This document shows, one piece after another, positions 58,801 through 64,000 of a stretch of DNA of 64,000 bases. Below the pieces are notes generated by a model that saw only the letters and a program-made list of their open reading frames with translations, was not told the origin of the DNA and did not search any database. This DNA comes from Microthyrium microscopicum. Its lineage: Eukaryota. Each line of letters starts with the position of its first letter. Within the stretch, counting starts at the first letter, position 1. The stretch lies in the NCBI GenBank assembly GCA_010405405.1, contig MU004235.1, forward strand, positions 696,538-760,537, in the 5' to 3' direction. Made by a program: the position numbers and the translations under genes.

Positions 58801-60859
58801 TGATTCCGAGAAACAGCCTGAAGCCGTCAGCAACGTTATGGATGTTAATGACCCCAAATGGTTTGCTGCCTTCGAACATCCTCCGAGCGTCAGCCCAAAG
58901 CAATCTCAGCCTGTGACATACCATCAGTTTGAGCACCTCAGCAATGAGATGGAAGTTAACGACCCAAATCTCTATGCTGCTCAAGGACATGCTCGACCTG
59001 TTTATGGCAACGACGATGGAGCTGATTTGTTCGTGCCTCTTGCTCCACCTCCACAACCACCACAAAAGACTGCGCAGCCAGCCACTGCCAGTCTGGTGCC
59101 TTCTCCCGCGGCGGCGATTCCGCTAAAGCCAGTCTTCCTCCCAGAACCAGTAGCGACGGTTCTGGTCGCTCCGGCGCTTCCCTCGGCTAGGAAGGAGTCA
59201 AAGACTTTGGTCGCCGCGGCCCTCCCTCCAACGGCAAGTTTCCTTGCTTCGGCAGTCCCTGCCAGCCCATCGCGTCGCGAGGCGCGTAAAGCCGATTCAG
59301 AGGACTACCTGGCTCGGGAATTGCTGCTGGGGATTCAGGGAGGGCTCCTCCACCGCTTCATCCAGAATGAAGTTTCTGCTTTCTTTGACGAGGCAAAGAT
59401 GCAGGTGGAGGAGGAGAAGGCGGAGGAGGAGGCAAGAAGCTTCCGAGCTACTCAGCTCATTCGGAAGTTTGGCGTCTGGTGGCGGGTGGCGACCGTCCAC
59501 CGACGGAAGAAGAGACAGGCTGCTGCAAAACGGCAGAGAGCCAGAGAGATAGGGGAGCAGCGGCGAAAGGAGGAGGTGGAAGCGGAGGCTGCGGAGGTAG
59601 CTCGAAAAGCGCAGGAGGAGGCAGCTCTGAAGAGCAGTCAAGGTCCTTCTCATTCATTTGAGGAGGTCACTTCAGAAGCTGAGAGAATTCTCAGAGAGAG
59701 CCACGGTGCCGACGAGGCAGGCACCGCTCCATCTGAGGATTCTCATCCTCCACCTGCGTCAGTCCGACGCACCTACCGGCGGCCCCCCGTGAGTCGCTTG
59801 AGACGGCAAGCGGCCACGGTGGTGCAACCACGCTCCGCAACCCCTCCTCCCCAGCCCGAGACTGCCGAGGACGATATCTGGCGGGATTTCGTTCCTCCAT
59901 CCCTATTCTCTGGCCTCCCGTTGCGCAACCGGGAGAATTGGCGCCGTTATAAAGGCAAGCCAATCAGTAGTATCACCAGTAACTACTGGAAGATGAAAGT
60001 GGCAGGCCTGGTCCACCTGACCGACTCCTACAAGCGGGTCATGGAGATCCGAAAACGAGTGGAAGAGCGTTATTTCCCTCAGCGTGGTCTAGGTCACAAG
60101 ACCACCATCCCAAAGGAACGCGCCGCCAGTCCCAGCGGTGCTGCCCTCCTCGGTCATTCGACCATCTCGTTCGCGTCTCCACCACCACAAACGGCGCGGC
60201 AACAATCTCCCAGCTCAGACGGAAAGAGAAAGCGAGAATCAAGCAATGAAGAAGTCCTAGAGCTGGCGCGTAGAAAGCTACCGGCCTATTGGTCTCGTCA
60301 AAGCAAGTTCCTGGACTCTTCTCAATATGGTCTGGGGTCCCCTGCGAAACGTGCAAAGCTCGGCAATGACTCTAAACGCGAATTTCAACGCCCTGCAAAG
60401 CGTTCGATGGAAGACGAAGATTCCGAGCACAGTCCTGAATCTGCCACAAAACGTGCACGCTACGAAACCTCGACCTCTAAACAAAATGGCACCATCACCA
60501 AGCCTAGCTCGTCAAAGCCAACTTCACAACAGAAGGGCAAATTCCCAGCCTCGAATACAAAACAACCGCCTTCTTCTTCAGCCGGCATGGCCGCTGCTGC
60601 ACTGGCTCATCTGTCCAATTCCGGAATCAACGAAAACGCCGTAGAAGACAACCTCGACTCTCCTCCAAATTCAAGCCCAGGACTTTTTGACGAAGAAGAC
60701 ATCGATGAAGAAGAGCCTGACGAGGACACCGTTGAAGAGTATGACGATGACGATGTTTATTACGATGATGAACAAAATGATGACGACGACGATGATTCTC
60801 ATACACCTCCAGCCCATCTTCAAGGCGGAAACAGTATCGAGGATGCCATCGAGTTATAA
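55871..60859 (+). CDS. SAC3: SAC3/GANP-domain protein (TREX-2 scaffold-like); exons 55871-56146 and 56216-60859
   Basis: GLMADPDVPRRLEDAITVVGTCDQMCPE, MIKMFRRPDAG..DLRPP..L..TL.YL, FIWDRTRAIRNDFSIQ, FERIFRFHLLTLH, NEPEFQAY, YFSESLVERKR; CID-like helix (EEARSFRATQLIRKFGVWWR). Intron 56147-56215 is phase 0. Confidence 0.85.
57795..58290 (+). repeat. Coding tandem repeat, 135-bp (45-aa) period, about 3.5 copies, within SAC3
   Basis: cagtctttacctgatagccaagcactctcaaatcc at 57941 and 58076; peptide QQSLPxSQAxSNPFQSxQQPxxAAPAQSGxVFAAPQPSGxxLPSG. Confidence 0.9.
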
Positions 60860-61677
60860 GTCACAAGGTCAGACTGGGAGAAAGGCGGTTGAGATGTCCT
60901 GTTGGTTTGATGCAACCCGTCGTACGCTGCGTCGAGGTTGCTCCCAACAGTTGATACTCCTGTCTTGATTCCGAGGTCATCCGTCTCTTCATTGATCATA
61001 ACTTGGATTGGACTTGTCGTTGGTGCAAGGCTTCAGACCTTGAGTTCGCACATCGTCAGTGTGGAGCTCGGTCTGCTGCTGGAATCCATCGGCATATCTT
61101 TCCCTGTTGAGTCAATGGTCCGACTTGAAATGAGCCTCATCTTTGGACTTTTTCATTGGAATCTAACCTACCATCGTCGGCGGTGGGTGTTGGAACAGGC
61201 GTTTGAGCGGTTTTGTTGGGTAGTGAGCTACATTGTATTCTCACGGCGAGTATAATTCCACCACTCGATACTCTTGCGTAAATTTGCTGGTCAGGAACTC
61301 CCAGCATCTGCTTCACTATGTATTACTTTGTTTTATTGCATGTATACCCATTAGCATAGCGTTGGCGTTGGCGGACTGGCTGGATATCAAATAAAACCTG
61401 CGGCTTTGCTAGCAGTTTTACCTACATCGATTGTCAAGTTGCTCAGCGATCACCTATTGAGTATTGCAGTGTCTGTCAAGGCGATACTCCCGATTGGAAG
61501 TTCAATTAGTGAGGAGAAACGTTTCCCCGACCAAAAACTTATAGGTTATAAGATTCATTCCGCTTAAATACTGAAGAGAGTATCAGTCAGTGCAATCCAA
61601 AAGCAAGCCATTAAAAAGGCACAATAGCCAGTTATATGATTCATACTCGTCGTTTTCGATTGTAATACTACTTAGGT

Positions 61678-64000
61678 TCATCTCAAAGGATATCCAAAAG
61701 CCTGCAGATCAATATTTCCTTCATGTTCATTAAACACAGGCATGTTTTCAAAACTCGCCGCTCCATCCGCTAACCCAGGCCAAAGTTCCTGTTCCGCGCT
61801 CTCCAGGCCCTGTGCCTGCTCTCGCGACCACGAACTCGTCTTACTGTACAATGCGTCTGCCAGCGTGTCGCCTGCCATGCGCGCCGTATCACTCTTTTTG
61901 CCTAGATACTTGAGTGCCCGCACACAATCCTCGCTGCGCCGCGCTAGTTGCTCGGCCTGCCACATTCGCGACACTTCACTGCCGTCTACTGGCCCATCGC
62001 CTATTGTGCATGCTTCTTGGAGCAATAGCACGGCGGCCTTGGCGAATACGCGGATCAGGATTGCTGTCCATGGCTCTGTGAGTAGTGCGCCGGCATTGAG
62101 TGTCGGATGGAAGTTTTTGAGTGCGCCGTCTTCGCGTGGTGTGGCGCAACGTGCTAGATCAGAGACCATGTGTGCGTTATGTCGGCGTAGACAGCGCACG
62201 AATGCTGTGCTGGTGCGCATATGCGCGTGCTGTGGATCGCCGAGACCAGCGGCGTCTATGGCAGCGATGACATCTGCGAGGAGTAGGGTGGCAAGGTGCC
62301 AGTGGGCAGTAACGCAGATGTACCAGGTTTGTATACGGGGGTGGAGATGGTCGTGGTTAGTTATACAGTCTTGCACGAATGGCTCATACATGTTTTTCCA
62401 ATGGTCATATATGCGGCGTGCATCGGTGATGGCGTCTTCAATTTTGCGGCATTCGGAACCACGGCTGAATAGGCTTTGGAGGAGGGTGACTTTGCGGTAG
62501 AGAAGGACTTTTATGGGGGCAGCATCTGTAAGGGCGGCAGCGGCTTGGTCGTAGGTGCATGGGTAGCGTGGTTGGACACCGCGTCGGTTGGAGCGCTCTT
62601 GGAGGAAGAAGTAGTCGTTCCAGAGTCGTGAGCCGGATGGTGTCTTGGGTGCTGTTTCGTCGGCGGAGAGGTTGAGGGCTTGGATGGATTCGGGTAGTAC
62701 GTCACAGTCGTCATCGGCTACCACGAGAGGCCGCTGGTGCATAGCTGATGTGAGGGATTCGAGCATGTAGCCAAGCCATGCCATGAGGTCGACGGTCGCG
62801 CGATCTTCAGAACTGAGAAGCGGTGTTGTGGGAATACCGCAGTCATTCATAGTCTTTGACTCACGCTCCCGGCGTTGTAATTTGTGTCGTAGCGAGTGCA
62901 TGTTACGGACTCCCTGTTCGAGATAGATGGGTGGGCCATCCTCTTCAATGATTGCGTCTATTTGCTCTTCGAGGCTGTCGAAGTTGAAAGGATCGCTGGG
63001 GTTTGTGAATGGAGGCGTTGATCCGCGTCTTATTTCTGCTTGTTGTTCGGCACTCATAGGCTTTTGTATCAGTGAGAAAACAATGCAGGCGAATGCAACT
63101 TTGAATGACTCCATGTCTGCGCAGTCTACCAGCGCCTGTCTTGCATCATACCACATCTTTTCCTGCATTCTGCGGTCGTATTCCGGATGTGACGAACCAG
63201 CCTCGTCGGCTACGTGTGCGGCCGCACTTCTTCCAACCATCGATGGATGTTCTTCTCTGCTCCTTCTACTGCCTTGGGCCCATTGTGTTCCAAAGGCAAG
63301 TATCACCAAGTACAAAGCTTTCGAAGCCGCCTCCCCTTCTCGAACCGTAAGCGGTCGATTCCTTAACTTGCCTGCTGTGCGATCGAGAGCGTTGACGCGA
63401 TGGAATATTCGGTTCGGCCAATCTTTAGACCATGCTTGCTGCAGTGCCTGATTTGTGCTATCTCCCGGTCCATTTGTGATTGCTTTCATTCGATAAGGAC
63501 AGGTTCTTTCGTTGAGCCAACATGACAAGGCATTCTCCATGCTGTCGTGATAAATCTTCATCAAGCTTTTATCGATTAACTGTTTATTAGCGGTCGCTGC
63601 CAAAAGCTCGGATTGCGAAAAGTGAGAAAGATCAACATTGCATTGAAATGACTGGAAATCGAGCTGGTCCGGTTCTTCTTCGTTTGTGTCGGTGTCATAC
63701 GTTAGTAATCGTTTTTTGGTGTACAAGTATGATATGTCTGTTGCCAAGTCACTTGTCATTGATGATTGCGATCCTGCATAAGGTGGTTGAGGATATAAAA
63801 GCGACTGTGGAAGAAATGGAGGAACGGCATTTGGAAGCAATGAATGTCCGTACTGATCGTTCATGAGAGCTAAGTCTTGTTCTGGCGGCGGAACGGAATA
63901 GACTTCGCTGGTGGATGGAATGTCGAAGAAAAATTGGGGTTGGTATTGACCATTGCTGCCAGGAGTTGCTTTGACAGAATCATCGCTTGATTGGGAGTAC
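61678..64000 (-). CDS. alcR: AlcR-like fungal transcription regulator, 5' end (including the Zn cluster) outside the window
   Basis: IYHDSMENALSCWLNERTCPY, WPNRIFHRVNALD, FACIVFSLIQKP, QRPLVVADDD, AAPIKVLLYRKV, RIQTWYI...HWHLA, LLTEPWTAIL, LGKKSD match AlcR-family motifs; frame is open to the window edge. Confidence 0.82.
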   Translation of the reverse strand, partial: YSQSSDDSVKATPGSNGQYQPQFFFDIPSTSEVYSVPPPEQDLALMNDQYGHSLLPNAVPPFLPQSLLYPQPPYAGSQSSMTSDLATDISYLYTKKRLLTYDTDTNEEEPDQLDFQSFQCNVDLSHFSQSELLAATANKQLIDKSLMKIYHDSMENALSCWLNERTCPYRMKAITNGPGDSTNQALQQAWSKDWPNRIFHRVNALDRTAGKLRNRPLTVREGEAASKALYLVILAFGTQWAQGSRRSREEHPSMVGRSAAAHVADEAGSSHPEYDRRMQEKMWYDARQALVDCADMESFKVAFACIVFSLIQKPMSAEQQAEIRRGSTPPFTNPSDPFNFDSLEEQIDAIIEEDGPPIYLEQGVRNMHSLRHKLQRRERESKTMNDCGIPTTPLLSSEDRATVDLMAWLGYMLESLTSAMHQRPLVVADDDCDVLPESIQALNLSADETAPKTPSGSRLWNDYFFLQERSNRRGVQPRYPCTYDQAAAALTDAAPIKVLLYRKVTLLQSLFSRGSECRKIEDAITDARRIYDHWKNMYEPFVQDCITNHDHLHPRIQTWYICVTAHWHLATLLLADVIAAIDAAGLGDPQHAHMRTSTAFVRCLRRHNAHMVSDLARCATPREDGALKNFHPTLNAGALLTEPWTAILIRVFAKAAVLLLQEACTIGDGPVDGSEVSRMWQAEQLARRSEDCVRALKYLGKKSDTARMAGDTLADALYSKTSSWSREQAQGLESAEQELWPGLADGAASFENMPVFNEHEGNIDLQAFGYPLR

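Noticed and set aside
61742..63451. 252-aa and 174-aa plus-strand ORFs
   Set aside because: Antisense shadows of the AlcR-like CDS with no protein-like motifs.

Overview
Fungal (filamentous ascomycete-type) genomic DNA with short GT-AG introns. Twelve protein-coding genes can be supported: a DUF2841/YDR124W-like gene, a YCF1-type ABCC transporter, a CPD photolyase, a small secreted protein, two MFS transporters, an intronless secreted six-hairpin-glycosidase-like protein, a DUF2461 gene, a Pro-rich Zn2Cys6 transcription factor, a coiled-coil protein with D-box-like and PP1-docking-like motifs, a SAC3/GANP protein, and a 5'-truncated AlcR-like regulator. Mobile DNA comprises one complete but RIP-destroyed 3.2 kb PIF/Harbinger-superfamily (PHIS) transposon (14-bp TIRs, AGT target duplication, DDE transposase and second ORF still readable) and two TA-flanked MITEs. 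The most striking feature is the 8-exon DUF2461 gene (31680-35971), which the ORF track mostly misses. Four of its seven introns are unusually long (283, 722, 1085 and 703 nt) and full of nested self-complementary stems, several closed by an ACA/ANANNA motif. One stem buries a complete, frameshifting decoy 3' splice site. This suggests intron-hosted structured RNAs and/or structure-controlled splicing. A similar ~890-nt structured, splice-site-bounded segment lies in non-coding DNA at 8748-9634. All folding and family assignments were made by eye and from memory; no search or folding program was run.
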